From Candidatus Omnitrophota bacterium (lineage in GTDB: Bacteria; Omnitrophota; Gorgyraeia; Aquiviventales; Aquiviventaceae), in assembly GCA_016198915.1 (NCBI GenBank), contig JACQHS010000110.1, forward strand, positions 1-40,971: a stretch of 40,971 nt of DNA, given 5' to 3'. Made by a program: the position numbers and the translations under genes. Shown here piece by piece: positions 23,930-33,468 of the stretch (positions within the stretch are counted from its first letter, which is position 1; each line of letters begins with the position of its first letter). Below the pieces are notes generated by a model that was not told the DNA's origin, made no database searches, and saw only the letters and a list, made by a program, of their open reading frames with translations.

Positions 23930-26900
23930 ATGGTAGCTGAGCGTATCCGAGGAGCGGCAAGCGAAGTCGCAGGGATCTCCGCGAGGCCTCTGCGGCTCGT
24001 GATGATGGCGCTGGTCTGCGCGTTGGTGAGCATCGGGTTCGGCGGCGACTCGAGCGCGGCTTTGGCGGTTCAGGATGCGCTTACCAATGGTGGGTTCGAA
24101 CATCCCGAGGACGGTGCGCAGAGCCCGGAGGGCTGGGAAGTTGGGGGGCGGACGGAGCGCGTCGAGTCCTCCGCGGATGGTGGGGGGGCATGGGCGTTGC
24201 GGCTGTCCTCCACAACGGAGGAGCCGAATCCGAGGGCGTCGCAATCGCTGGACGTTGTCCAGCCGCTTGCGACGGCGGTCACGGTGGCGGGCCTGGTGAG
24301 GATCAAGGATGTGCATCCCATCGGTGACGGGAAGGGCGCCGCCAAGGTCACCGTCAGCTTCTTGTCGGTGGATGGCCGCGTGATCCGTCGCAAGACGATC
24401 CGAACATGGGATGGCACGTTCGGCTGGCGCCCGTGGTCCGGCTCCGTGCGCATCCCGAAGGGCGCCGGCCGGCTTGAGCTCGCGCTCGAGCTGGAGGAGG
24501 CCCTGGGACAGGCCACATTCGATGCCGTGCAGCTGCTGTGGGGCCTGCCGGACGACCATGACCGCGAGAACCTCGTCGTCGATGGCGGGTTCGAGTATGT
24601 GAACCCCCTGTCGGTCTGGGAACTGGATCAGGGAGCGAAAGTGGTGTATCCCGGCGCCGAAGGCCATGCCGCATTGGAGATTTCACGGGACCAACCCGGG
24701 CACGCTGCCGCCCGTCAGCGGCTCGTGTTCGCTGAGGCGTCGATCCGGGAGGCGACACTCACGTTTGACCTCAAGCTGAAGAAGGTCAAGGCACGAGCGC
24801 CCGGGGGAGGCGCGAAGGTGGAGCTGGGCTTCTGGGATCGTGAAGGCGAGCCCGTGGGGAAGCCGGTTGTGGTGGGTCCATGGGCAGGGACACAGGAGAC
24901 TTGGAAGTCGCGCGCCAAACAAGTGCGGGTTCCGCCTGCGGCAAGCGAGGCGACGCTGGGTCTGTTGCTGGATCAGGCGCGCGGAACGGCCTGGTTCGAT
25001 GGGGTGCGGCTGGCGGCGCACGGGGCCGAGGGGCCGCTGGTGCGTCGTCTGGAGTCCCGAACGGACATCGCGACCTGGAGAGTCATTGAGCCCAGCATCG
25101 GACCCTTGGAGCCGCCGTTTGATGCGAGCGGGTTGCTCAATCCGCCCGCGGGGCAGCACGGATTCCTGACCGTGGAGGACGGCCGTTTTGTCTTCGAGGA
25201 CGGGACACCCGCGCGCTTCTTCGGCGTCAATATTGACGCGGCCGCCAACTTCCCGAGCCATGAGCACGCTGACCGCTTCGCCGAGCGGCTGGCGCAGCTT
25301 GGGTGCAACCTCGTGCGGCTGCATCATCTGGATGCCCCGTGGGCCGACCCCAACATCTTCGCTGCCGAATTCGAGGACACCCAGCATCTCTCGCGCGAGA
25401 GCCTGGACCGGCTTGACTACTTCATCGCGCAGCTCAAGGCGCGGGGGATCTACATCTACATGGATCTGTTGGTCAGCCGCCAGTTCAAGTCCGGGGATGG
25501 CGTGCCGGCCTACCGGCAGCTCTCGCGAGGGGCGAAGATCGCCGCCCAGTACAGCCCGCGGCTGATTCAGCTGCAGAAGGCGTATGCGCGCGATCTGCTC
25601 ACCCACTATAACCGGTACACGCGGACGCGGCTGGTCGAGGAGCCGGCGCTCGTCCTGGTTGACCTGATCAACGAGAGTTCGCTCGCGGCTGACTCGAAGC
25701 GGTTCAAGGAGCTCCCAGGGCCCTACCGCGATGAGCTGCAGCTGCTCTGGGGGGAATATCTGTCCGGTCAGGGCGTGGATCGCGCCACGATGGACGCGGA
25801 GCGCTATCTTGAAGTCGACGATCCGTTCGTGCAGGGATTCTACACGAACCTCCAGCAGCGCTACTTTGACGAGCTGTACGGCTACCTCCGCGGGCTCGGG
25901 CTTTCGATTCCGATTGCGGGAAGCAACCGCAGCACCCTGTCGCTGAGGACCTGGGAGCTTGCGACCAACGCCACACTGGATTTCATTGATCGGCATGACT
26001 ACTGGGACCATCCGAAGGGCGGGTACGGGGACCTGGTGCGATTCCACAATCGCTCGATGATCGAAGGCGGCCAGGAGCACCATCCGATCGCCAAGCTGAG
26101 TGTACAGCGTGTGGCGGGCGTGCCGTTCGTGGTGAGCGAGTGGAACATCCCCTGGCCCAATGAGTACCGGGCGGTCGGTCCCCTCCTCATGGCGGCCTAT
26201 GCCTCATTTCAGAATTGGGACGGCCTACTCCTCTTCACCTACGATGGGGATCTCGCCGCCACGCGAATCGCGAATAACTTTGATGTCAGTACAATGCCGG
26301 AGCAGTTCCTGCAGCTTCCAGCCGCAGCTCGGCTCTTCCACCGCCGAGAGGTCCAGCCGGCGCGTCTCACTCGCGCGTATCCCATCGACGCAGAGCACCA
26401 GAGCATCAGCCCGGGGCTTCCGCTTCGGCACGGTGTAGCGCGCGTTGCGGGGGATGCCGCACCACCCAAAGCGCTGGCCATGGCGAGCAACCCCTGGGTG
26501 AGCGATACCGGCGAGCTGGCCTGGGATGAACGGCACGGGCGCGTCTCGATCAAGACGGCTCGTGTACAAGCCGTTGTCGGACAGATGGGGGACGGACCGC
26601 TGTCGCTTCCTGATGCGACGTTCTCGGTGGAGACGCCTTTTGCCTCCGTGGTGCTCTCGAGCCTGGATGAGCAGCCGGTCGTGAGCTCGCGGCACCTGTT
26701 GCTGACGACGGTCGCGCGATCGGAGAACACCGGGACGGTCTATAACGCGACGCGGACGCTGCTGCGGGACAGCGGCACGGGCCCTATCCTCATGGAGCCG
26801 GTGATGGGCTCCGTATCCATGCCGCTGGGCGGGCGTCGACCGACCGGGGTGTTTGCGCTGGATACCACTGGACGCCGGGTGAGCGAGGTGGCGGCTTCCG

Positions 26901-26974
26901 TGCGTGAGGGCTCGATCGAGGTGCCGCTGGGCGAAGCCCTCGCCTATGAAATCGTGTTTGAGGAGCCCTCATGA
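23930..26974 (+). CDS. Secreted multidomain glycoside hydrolase (two CBM-like modules + clan GH-A TIM-barrel-like domain)
   Basis: Signal peptide 'LRLVMMALVCALVSIGFGGDSSAALA'. Two 'NGGFE'/'DGGFE' jelly-roll-type modules. 'GFLTVEDGRFVFEDGTPARFFGVN...LGCNLVRLHHLD', 'LINESS' (candidate acid/base NE) and 'FVVSEWN' (candidate nucleophile). ATG 23930 lies 8 nt after GAGGA. The track start 23915 is a TTG. Confidence 0.65.
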   Translation: MVAERIRGAASEVAGISARPLRLVMMALVCALVSIGFGGDSSAALAVQDALTNGGFEHPEDGAQSPEGWEVGGRTERVESSADGGGAWALRLSSTTEEPNPRASQSLDVVQPLATAVTVAGLVRIKDVHPIGDGKGAAKVTVSFLSVDGRVIRRKTIRTWDGTFGWRPWSGSVRIPKGAGRLELALELEEALGQATFDAVQLLWGLPDDHDRENLVVDGGFEYVNPLSVWELDQGAKVVYPGAEGHAALEISRDQPGHAAARQRLVFAEASIREATLTFDLKLKKVKARAPGGGAKVELGFWDREGEPVGKPVVVGPWAGTQETWKSRAKQVRVPPAASEATLGLLLDQARGTAWFDGVRLAAHGAEGPLVRRLESRTDIATWRVIEPSIGPLEPPFDASGLLNPPAGQHGFLTVEDGRFVFEDGTPARFFGVNIDAAANFPSHEHADRFAERLAQLGCNLVRLHHLDAPWADPNIFAAEFEDTQHLSRESLDRLDYFIAQLKARGIYIYMDLLVSRQFKSGDGVPAYRQLSRGAKIAAQYSPRLIQLQKAYARDLLTHYNRYTRTRLVEEPALVLVDLINESSLAADSKRFKELPGPYRDELQLLWGEYLSGQGVDRATMDAERYLEVDDPFVQGFYTNLQQRYFDELYGYLRGLGLSIPIAGSNRSTLSLRTWELATNATLDFIDRHDYWDHPKGGYGDLVRFHNRSMIEGGQEHHPIAKLSVQRVAGVPFVVSEWNIPWPNEYRAVGPLLMAAYASFQNWDGLLLFTYDGDLAATRIANNFDVSTMPEQFLQLPAAARLFHRREVQPARLTRAYPIDAEHQSISPGLPLRHGVARVAGDAAPPKALAMASNPWVSDTGELAWDERHGRVSIKTARVQAVVGQMGDGPLSLPDATFSVETPFASVVLSSLDEQPVVSSRHLLLTTVARSENTGTVYNATRTLLRDSGTGPILMEPVMGSVSMPLGGRRPTGVFALDTTGRRVSEVAASVREGSIEVPLGEALAYEIVFEEPS

Positions 26975-28422
26975 TCAAACGCTCAGAGGTGTTCGTCAAA
27001 CAGCTCGTGCTGCTAATCGATCTGGCGGTTCTGGTGGTGGCGTTTCTCGCCACCTATGCCCTCCGACAGTCGGTTCAGACGTTCTATCTGCTGGACCTCA
27101 TTCCCGGCCGCGAGGCGATCGGCGAGCTCTATCCGCTGGATCGCTACCTCTGGTTGTTGCTGATCATCCTGCCGCTCTGGATTGGCATACTCTACGCGCT
27201 GGGCGGCTACCGGGAGCTTCGCAACAAATCGTACCGTCAGATTGCGGCGGTGGTGCTGAAGGCCTGCGCGTTGGGACTGCTGTTCTTCGGCTCCTTCGTC
27301 TTTGTCTTGAAGCTCCATTATGTCAGCCGACTCTTCATGGGGATGTTTTTCCTGCTCAGCTTCCTGCTGCTGGCGTACGAGCGGACGGTCGTGATCGTGT
27401 GTTTCCATCTCATGCTGCAGCGGGGGTACTTCCATCGGAATCTCCTCCTAGTGGGGACGGGCCGGCGCGCCCGCGCGGTCATCAAGGATATCCAGGGCCA
27501 CCAGAACTGGGGGGTCGGGTTTGTCGGACTCCTCGATGCCGATCCGGGCATGGTGGAGCAGCACGTGGAGGGTGTCGAGGTCATCGGCACCCTGGAGGAG
27601 CTGCCCCGCATGCTGCAGGAGCGCGTCATCGATGAGGTGGTCTTCGTCGTACCGCGGACCTGGATGGCCAGGATTGAGGAAGCGATCCGCGCCTGCGAGC
27701 TGGCGGGTGTGCGGGCCTCGGTGGCGGTGGATCTGTTCAACATGCGCTTTGCCAAATCGCATCCCTCCGCCCTCAATGGCACGCCGTTCATCAGCTTCGA
27801 TACGACGTCGACGGATCAATGGCAGGTCGCGCTCAAGCGCGTGCTCGACGTGGTGATCGCGGGCCTCGGCCTCGTGGTCCTGTTGCCGCTGTTTGTGGTG
27901 GTCAGCCTGCTGATCAAGGCGACCTCCTCGGGCCCCGTGCTGTTCCAGCAGGTGCGGTGCGGGCTCAACGGTCGTCGGTTTACCCTCTACAAGTTCCGCT
28001 CAATGGTCATGGATGCGGAGGCGAAGCGAGCGGAACTGGCGCACCTGAACGAGCTCAACGGCCCGGTCTTCAAGCTGACCAACGATCCGCGCCTGACGCC
28101 GGTCGGCCGCTGGCTGCGGAAGATGAGCCTCGACGAGTTGCCTCAGCTGTACAACGTCTTCAAGGGGGAGATGAGCCTGGTGGGACCGCGACCGCCCATC
28201 CCGGGCGAGGTGGAGCAGTATCAAGCCTGGCAGCGCAGGCGGCTCAGCATGCGACCGGGGATCACCGGCCAATGGCAGGTGAACGGCCGCAATCATATCG
28301 TGGACTTTGACAAATGGATGCGGCTGGACCTCGAGTACATCGATCGGTGGTCTCTGGCGCTCGATGTGAAGATTCTGGCCAAGACGATCCCGGCGGTGTT
28401 CTTCGGGGTCGGGGCCAAATAG
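26971..28422 (+). CDS. Polyprenyl-phosphate sugar phosphotransferase (WbaP-type priming enzyme, bacterial sugar transferase family)
   Basis: N-terminal TMs plus a central Rossmann-like region. 'RVLDVVIAGLGLVVLLPLFVV', 'GPVLFQQVRCGLNGRRFTLYKFRSM', 'DELPQLYNVFKGEMSLVGPRPP' and 'RPGITGQWQV'. Confidence 0.9.
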   Translation: MIKRSEVFVKQLVLLIDLAVLVVAFLATYALRQSVQTFYLLDLIPGREAIGELYPLDRYLWLLLIILPLWIGILYALGGYRELRNKSYRQIAAVVLKACALGLLFFGSFVFVLKLHYVSRLFMGMFFLLSFLLLAYERTVVIVCFHLMLQRGYFHRNLLLVGTGRRARAVIKDIQGHQNWGVGFVGLLDADPGMVEQHVEGVEVIGTLEELPRMLQERVIDEVVFVVPRTWMARIEEAIRACELAGVRASVAVDLFNMRFAKSHPSALNGTPFISFDTTSTDQWQVALKRVLDVVIAGLGLVVLLPLFVVVSLLIKATSSGPVLFQQVRCGLNGRRFTLYKFRSMVMDAEAKRAELAHLNELNGPVFKLTNDPRLTPVGRWLRKMSLDELPQLYNVFKGEMSLVGPRPPIPGEVEQYQAWQRRRLSMRPGITGQWQVNGRNHIVDFDKWMRLDLEYIDRWSLALDVKILAKTIPAVFFGVGAK

Positions 28423-28439
28423 CGCAGACAACCGAGCCC

Positions 28440-30161
28440 ATGCAGCGAGACCTGGATTGGTTATCGGCGAAGCAGTTTGACCTCCTCGTCATCGGGGGAG
28501 GCATCTACGGCGCGTGCGCGGCCTGGGAGGCGGCACTGCGCGGGCTGTCGGTTGCGCTGGTCGAGCGAGGAGATTTTGGGCAGGCGACGTCGGCGAACAC
28601 GCAGAAGATTGTCCACGGAGGCCTGCGCTACCTCCAGTCGTTTGACGTGAGGCGGATGCTGGAGTCCATTCGGGAACGGAGGGCCTTGTTGCGGGTTGCG
28701 CCGCATCTCGTGCACCCCTTGCCATTCCTGATGCCGATCAATGGCCGGGGCCTCCGAAGCAAAGCGGCGATGGCGGCCGCATTCCTGGTGAATGACCTGG
28801 TGAGCTGGGACCGAAACCGAGAGATGCGCGATCCAGCCCAGCACATCCCTCGCTGCCGCGTGGTATCGAGAGATGAATGCCTCCGACTGGCACCCGGCAT
28901 CGCCAAGGAGGGACTGACCGGCGGGGCCCTGTGGTATGACGGGCAGATCGACAACTCGGAGCGGCTGACCCTCTCGTTTCTGGAGGGTGCCGTGGACCTT
29001 GGGGCAGCGATCGCGAACTACGTCCGGGTCACCAAGTTCCGCTTGGAGGGCAAACGGGTGACCGGCGTGGAGGCGATCGATACCGTGACGGGCAGAAGGC
29101 TCGTCGTCCGAGCCCGCGTCGTGCTGAATACGAGCGGGCCCTGGGTCGATCGGGTGCTGGATCTCCTGGAGGCTCAATCGGTTTCCAGGAAGACGCGCCT
29201 CGTGAAGGCGATGAATCTCGTGACACGCCCGCTGACGCAGGGTGTGGCGCTGGCTGTCCCGAGTGCTGGCGGCAGCAAGACACGCTCACGTCTGTGGTTC
29301 ATGACCCCATGGCGGGATCGCTCAATCGTCGGGACCGCCTATGCGCCCTCCGATGGGGACCCGGAACACTGTCGGGCAAGCGCTGCAGACATTCGGAACA
29401 TGATTGATGTCACCAACCAGGCCTACCCCCCCGCACAGCTCACGACGGACGATGTGGCATTCGTGCATGTCGGGTTGGTGCCGGCGGCTCGTTCGGCAGC
29501 GGAGCCCGATGGCGTGGCGCTCGAGCCCCATTACCAGATCATCGATCATCGACGGCAGAACGGGATCGAGGGGCTCATCTCTGTGGTCGGCGTGAAGTAC
29601 ACCACGGCGCGCGACGTCGCTGCGAAAGCGGTGGATGCCGTCCTGACCAGGTTGGGGAGACCCGTACACAGCAGCCGCAGCGGCGAGACCCCGGTGCATG
29701 GAGGGGCTATCAGCAACGTGCGCAAGTTTCTCGATGACGCCATTGACCGGGCCCCTGGGGGCTTGGGGGCGACGGTTGTTCGGCACCTGGTGCGTGGCTA
29801 CGGCTGTGCGTACCCGGAGGTGCTCAGGTGGCTCGATGAGGACGCGGCGCTCGGCGAGCCTCTCGACGGCTCCTCCGAAGTCATCAAGGCGGAAGTGGTC
29901 CACGCGGTGCGGGAGGAGATGGCGCTTACGCTTGGAGATGTCGTCTTTCGGCGGACCGATCTGGGGTCGCGAGGCGACCCCGGCGAGGCCTGCCTGCGCC
30001 GGTGCGCGCAGATCATGGCGCGGGAGCTTGGGTGGGGTCCCGCGCGCGCAGCCGAGGAAGTGCGCGAGGTCCAGGCCGCGTTTCCAAAGCGCTCGAAGGC
30101 CGGGGCGCATCTGAGCGTCGTCGACGCTCCCGTCGGCACGCACGAAGAGGTCGCCGCATGA
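28440..30161 (+). CDS. FAD-dependent glycerol-3-phosphate dehydrogenase/oxidase homolog (GlpD-like)
   Basis: 'FDLLVIGGGIYGACAAWEAALRGLSVALVERGDFGQATSANTQKIVHGGLRYLQ' and 'APHLVHPLPFLMP'. ATG 28440 lies 17 nt after the upstream stop. Confidence 0.75.
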   Translation: MQRDLDWLSAKQFDLLVIGGGIYGACAAWEAALRGLSVALVERGDFGQATSANTQKIVHGGLRYLQSFDVRRMLESIRERRALLRVAPHLVHPLPFLMPINGRGLRSKAAMAAAFLVNDLVSWDRNREMRDPAQHIPRCRVVSRDECLRLAPGIAKEGLTGGALWYDGQIDNSERLTLSFLEGAVDLGAAIANYVRVTKFRLEGKRVTGVEAIDTVTGRRLVVRARVVLNTSGPWVDRVLDLLEAQSVSRKTRLVKAMNLVTRPLTQGVALAVPSAGGSKTRSRLWFMTPWRDRSIVGTAYAPSDGDPEHCRASAADIRNMIDVTNQAYPPAQLTTDDVAFVHVGLVPAARSAAEPDGVALEPHYQIIDHRRQNGIEGLISVVGVKYTTARDVAAKAVDAVLTRLGRPVHSSRSGETPVHGGAISNVRKFLDDAIDRAPGGLGATVVRHLVRGYGCAYPEVLRWLDEDAALGEPLDGSSEVIKAEVVHAVREEMALTLGDVVFRRTDLGSRGDPGEACLRRCAQIMARELGWGPARAAEEVREVQAAFPKRSKAGAHLSVVDAPVGTHEEVAA

Positions 30162-31327
30162 AGGTCCTGATGGTCGCCCCCACGTCTTTCTTTGCCGACC
30201 GAGGGTGTCATGTGCGCATCCTCGGGGAGATCCGCGGCTTGCAGGAACTCGGGCATGAGGTCGTGCTGTGCACCTACCCGCTCGGGCGTGACGTGCCGGG
30301 CATTCGGACGTGCCGCACCTGGCCGGTGCCGTGGTACCGGAAGGTCACCGCGGGTCCCTCGTGGCACAAGTACTACATTGACCTCTTGTTGCTCGGCCTG
30401 GTGTGGCGCTGGATCCGGCACTGGCGGCCTGACGTGGTCCACGCCCACCTGCATGAGGGAGGCTGCATTGCCGCCTTGGCGCTGGGCAAGCGACGGATTC
30501 CTCTGGTCTTGGACTACCAGGGCAGCCTGTCCGCCGAGGTCGTGGCGCACGGATTCACCGGGCCGCGGTCCCCGCAGTCCCGGTGGCTCAGACGGCTCGA
30601 GCGGTGGATCGATCACCGGGCCGACGTCGTGCTGACCAGCAGCGACCATGGGAAAGCGGATCTCTCGAGCGCGTTTGGCGTGCCGGAGGATCGGATTCAC
30701 GTCGTGAACGACGGCGTGGACGTGCACCAATTCCGACCGGGCTCCAACGGCCATCTCATCCGCGAGCGCTACGGGATCCCGGCCACGCGGCCGCTGATCA
30801 TCTACACAGGACTCCTGAATGCGTATCAGGGAATCGACCTCCTCCTGGACGCGTTCAAAGAGCTCAAGTCGCGCCAGTTGGAGTTTCACGCGCTGTTGGT
30901 GGGCTATCCGGACGTGGAGCGCTACCGCGCCAAGGCCGCGCGGCTTGGCCTGGGCGATGAGGTGACGTTGACGGGGCGGGTGCCGTTTGAGGAGGTGCCG
31001 GAGCTGTTGGCGGCGTCGGATCTGGCGGTGAGCGCGAAGCTGCCCGGTTCGGAGGGCAACTTGAAGCTCTTCAGCTATCTGGCGTCCGGGCTGCCGACGG
31101 TGGCCTTCGATACGCCGCTCAACCGCGAGGTGATCGGCGAGACCGGCGCGCTGGTCACGGGCGTGGAGCCCGCGGCATTCGCCGAGGGCATCGCACAGCT
31201 GCTCGAGCAGCGCGAGCGCTGGTCGACCCTGGGGGCGATGGCCCGAGCGCGGGCGGCCGAGCGATTCAGTTGGCGCCCCGTGGCCCAGCGGATTGTCGAG
31301 ATCTATCAGCTCCTGCTGAACGACTGA
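30158..31327 (+). CDS. Glycosyltransferase family 4
   Basis: 'MKVLMVAPTSFFADRGCHVR', 'IIYTGLLNAYQGIDLLLDAF' and 'GSEGNLKLFSYLASGLPTVAFDTPLNREVIGETGALV'. ATGA overlap. Confidence 0.85.
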   Translation: MKVLMVAPTSFFADRGCHVRILGEIRGLQELGHEVVLCTYPLGRDVPGIRTCRTWPVPWYRKVTAGPSWHKYYIDLLLLGLVWRWIRHWRPDVVHAHLHEGGCIAALALGKRRIPLVLDYQGSLSAEVVAHGFTGPRSPQSRWLRRLERWIDHRADVVLTSSDHGKADLSSAFGVPEDRIHVVNDGVDVHQFRPGSNGHLIRERYGIPATRPLIIYTGLLNAYQGIDLLLDAFKELKSRQLEFHALLVGYPDVERYRAKAARLGLGDEVTLTGRVPFEEVPELLAASDLAVSAKLPGSEGNLKLFSYLASGLPTVAFDTPLNREVIGETGALVTGVEPAAFAEGIAQLLEQRERWSTLGAMARARAAERFSWRPVAQRIVEIYQLLLND

Positions 31328-32394
31328 TGAAACCGAACACCTTGGTCACGGGCGCGAACGGCTACACCGGGTACTGGTTCAGTCGGTACCTCGTGAACCG
31401 TGGGGATGTGGTTCGCGCCATGTACTACGTCCCTGATGGGAAGCCGCAGTTCGATGGCGCCTCGCTCCAGTTGATCCCGGGCGATATCCGAGATCGCCGG
31501 CAGGTTGCCGAGGCCCTTGAGGGGATTGAGACGGTCTTCCATATCGCGGCGCTCTACCGGCCGACGAACGTGGGCCGAAAGGACTTCTGGGATGTGAACG
31601 TCGAGGGCACGCGCAACATGGTGGAGCTGGCCGCCAAGGCCGGGGTGAAGCGGTTCGTGCACTGCAGCACGATGGGCGTCCACGGCACGGTGGGCCGTAC
31701 CCCCCTGACCGAAGAGGCCCCGATTCAGCCGGATGACGACTACCAAGAGAGCAAGTGGGAGGGTGAACGCCTGGCCCTCACACTGGCAAACCGGCTGGGT
31801 CTGCCGCTGACGGTGATCCGGCCCGCAGGAATCTACGGTCCCTATGAGACGCGATTCCTGAAGCTCACGCAGCTGATCGCCAGGGGGCGGTTCGTCATGT
31901 TCGGGTCTGGGGAAACCTATTATCACTTTGTCCATGTGCGAGACCTCTCGGAGGCCTTTGTTCTGGCGGCTGAGTCCGACCGCGCCGTCGGGCGCGCGTA
32001 TCTCGTGGGGGACGATTACGCCATCAGCCTCAATCACATGGTGGGGTGCCTGGCGGAGGCGCTCGGCGTCCGTCGGCCGCGTCTGCGGCTGCCCTACGGG
32101 CTCCTGAAGGCGGCTGCCGTGGCGTGCGAGGGCGTGTGCAGGCCGCTGGGGATTGCCCCGCCGATCCATCGGCGGCGGGCGGCGTGGTTCGCGAGTAACC
32201 GGACGTTTGACATTTCCCGCGCCCGCGCGGAGCTTGGGTATCGTCCGGCGATCCGCATCGAAGATGGACTGCGCGAGATGGTGCAGTCCTACCGGGAGGC
32301 GGGGTGGCTGCAGCTCTCGAGCCGAACACCCGCTGGTTCGCACGAGCGGATCGCAACCTGGCGAGTGGAGCATGTGCGGCATCTACGGGTGTAG
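31327..32394 (+). CDS. NAD-dependent epimerase/dehydratase (extended SDR)
   Basis: 'LVTGANGYTGYWF' (Rossmann motif) and 'YQESK' (YxxxK). The start overlaps the upstream TGA by 1 nt. Confidence 0.85.
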   Translation: MKPNTLVTGANGYTGYWFSRYLVNRGDVVRAMYYVPDGKPQFDGASLQLIPGDIRDRRQVAEALEGIETVFHIAALYRPTNVGRKDFWDVNVEGTRNMVELAAKAGVKRFVHCSTMGVHGTVGRTPLTEEAPIQPDDDYQESKWEGERLALTLANRLGLPLTVIRPAGIYGPYETRFLKLTQLIARGRFVMFGSGETYYHFVHVRDLSEAFVLAAESDRAVGRAYLVGDDYAISLNHMVGCLAEALGVRRPRLRLPYGLLKAAAVACEGVCRPLGIAPPIHRRRAAWFASNRTFDISRARAELGYRPAIRIEDGLREMVQSYREAGWLQLSSRTPAGSHERIATWRVEHVRHLRV

Positions 32395-32473
32395 CTGGAA
32401 GGACCCCGAGCTCCTCGAGCGGATGGGCTCGGCGCTCGTGCATCGCGGCCCGGATATGGGCGTGCGCACATGA
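32372..32473 (+). pseudogene. 5' relic (33 codons) of a glutamine-hydrolysing asparagine synthase (AsnB-type Ntn amidotransferase)
   Basis: '[33 protein letters not shown]' has the obligatory N-terminal Met-Cys-Gly-Ile and the 'HRGPD' motif, then stops. It overlaps the SDR gene 3' end and the next gene start (ATGA). Confidence 0.6.
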
Positions 32474-33468
32474 AACAGCGAGTGAAACGCGGCATCTTCT
32501 TGGCGGTGGGTCTTGGGATCATCGTGGCGATCCTCGCCGAGGCGGATCTGGAGACGCTGGGATCGATCCTGGCCCAGACGGATCCCAGGTTTCTGGGTCT
32601 TGGGATTGCGCTCTCGCTGATTCAGCCGGTGCTGGCGACGTCTCGGTGGCATCTGCTGCTCCGACATAAAGGGATCGAAGTGCCATTCTGGCGGCTGGTC
32701 TCGACGTACATGATCGGCTTCTCGATTTCCTCGTTCCTGCCGAGCAAGTACAGCGGGGACGTGTACAAGACCTACACCGTGGCCAAAGACTCCGGCAGGG
32801 TCTACGACTCTGTGGCGTCGGTGCTGCTCTACCGGCTCTCTGGTTTCTTTGTGATGTGCGTGCTGGGGGTGCTCGCAGCGGCCGTGGGCCTGGCACTCTT
32901 CGATGAGCGGGGGATGACGCTGACGATTCTGGCGATCTCGCTTGCCCTGGTCATCGCGACGTACACCGTGTTCAGCCAGGGGGCCTTCCATGTCCTCGAG
33001 ACGCTGCTCAGGCTCCTCCGACTCGACATGCTCCGACGGCCGGCTGAGAAGCTCCACACGGCGGTCCTGGAGTACCGGGGCGAAACGCGCCTGGTGGTGA
33101 AGCTGCTGTGGCTTGCGCTCCTGTTCTATCTGGAAGCCTACGTCATCGTGTTTGCCGCGGTGCAGGCGGTCGGCGCCGAGGTCTCCTTCGCCTACGTGGT
33201 GCTCGTCGTCCCCATGATCTACCTGCTGGAGGCGTTGCCCGTCTCCGTCAGCGGGCTCGGGGTCCGGGAGGGGGCGTTTGTGTTCTTCTTCACGAAGCCC
33301 GGGCTTGGATGGGAGCGCGCAGTCGCCATTTCGCTGGTCGTGCTATTCTTCCGGCTGGTGAAGGCGCTCGTCGGGGGTGCGCTCTTCCTTGTGCGGTACG
33401 TCGCAATCCGAAAGGTTCGGGCGATGGAGCGCCGGCCCGTTGCAGTCCCCGAAGGGAGCCGAGGATGA
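32470..33468 (+). CDS. Flippase-like membrane protein (UPF0104 / lysyl-PG-synthase TM-region family)
   Basis: 8 TM-like segments. '[46 protein letters not shown]' resembles the family RW...G(G)D motif region. Confidence 0.6.
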   Translation: MKQRVKRGIFLAVGLGIIVAILAEADLETLGSILAQTDPRFLGLGIALSLIQPVLATSRWHLLLRHKGIEVPFWRLVSTYMIGFSISSFLPSKYSGDVYKTYTVAKDSGRVYDSVASVLLYRLSGFFVMCVLGVLAAAVGLALFDERGMTLTILAISLALVIATYTVFSQGAFHVLETLLRLLRLDMLRRPAEKLHTAVLEYRGETRLVVKLLWLALLFYLEAYVIVFAAVQAVGAEVSFAYVVLVVPMIYLLEALPVSVSGLGVREGAFVFFFTKPGLGWERAVAISLVVLFFRLVKALVGGALFLVRYVAIRKVRAMERRPVAVPEGSRG

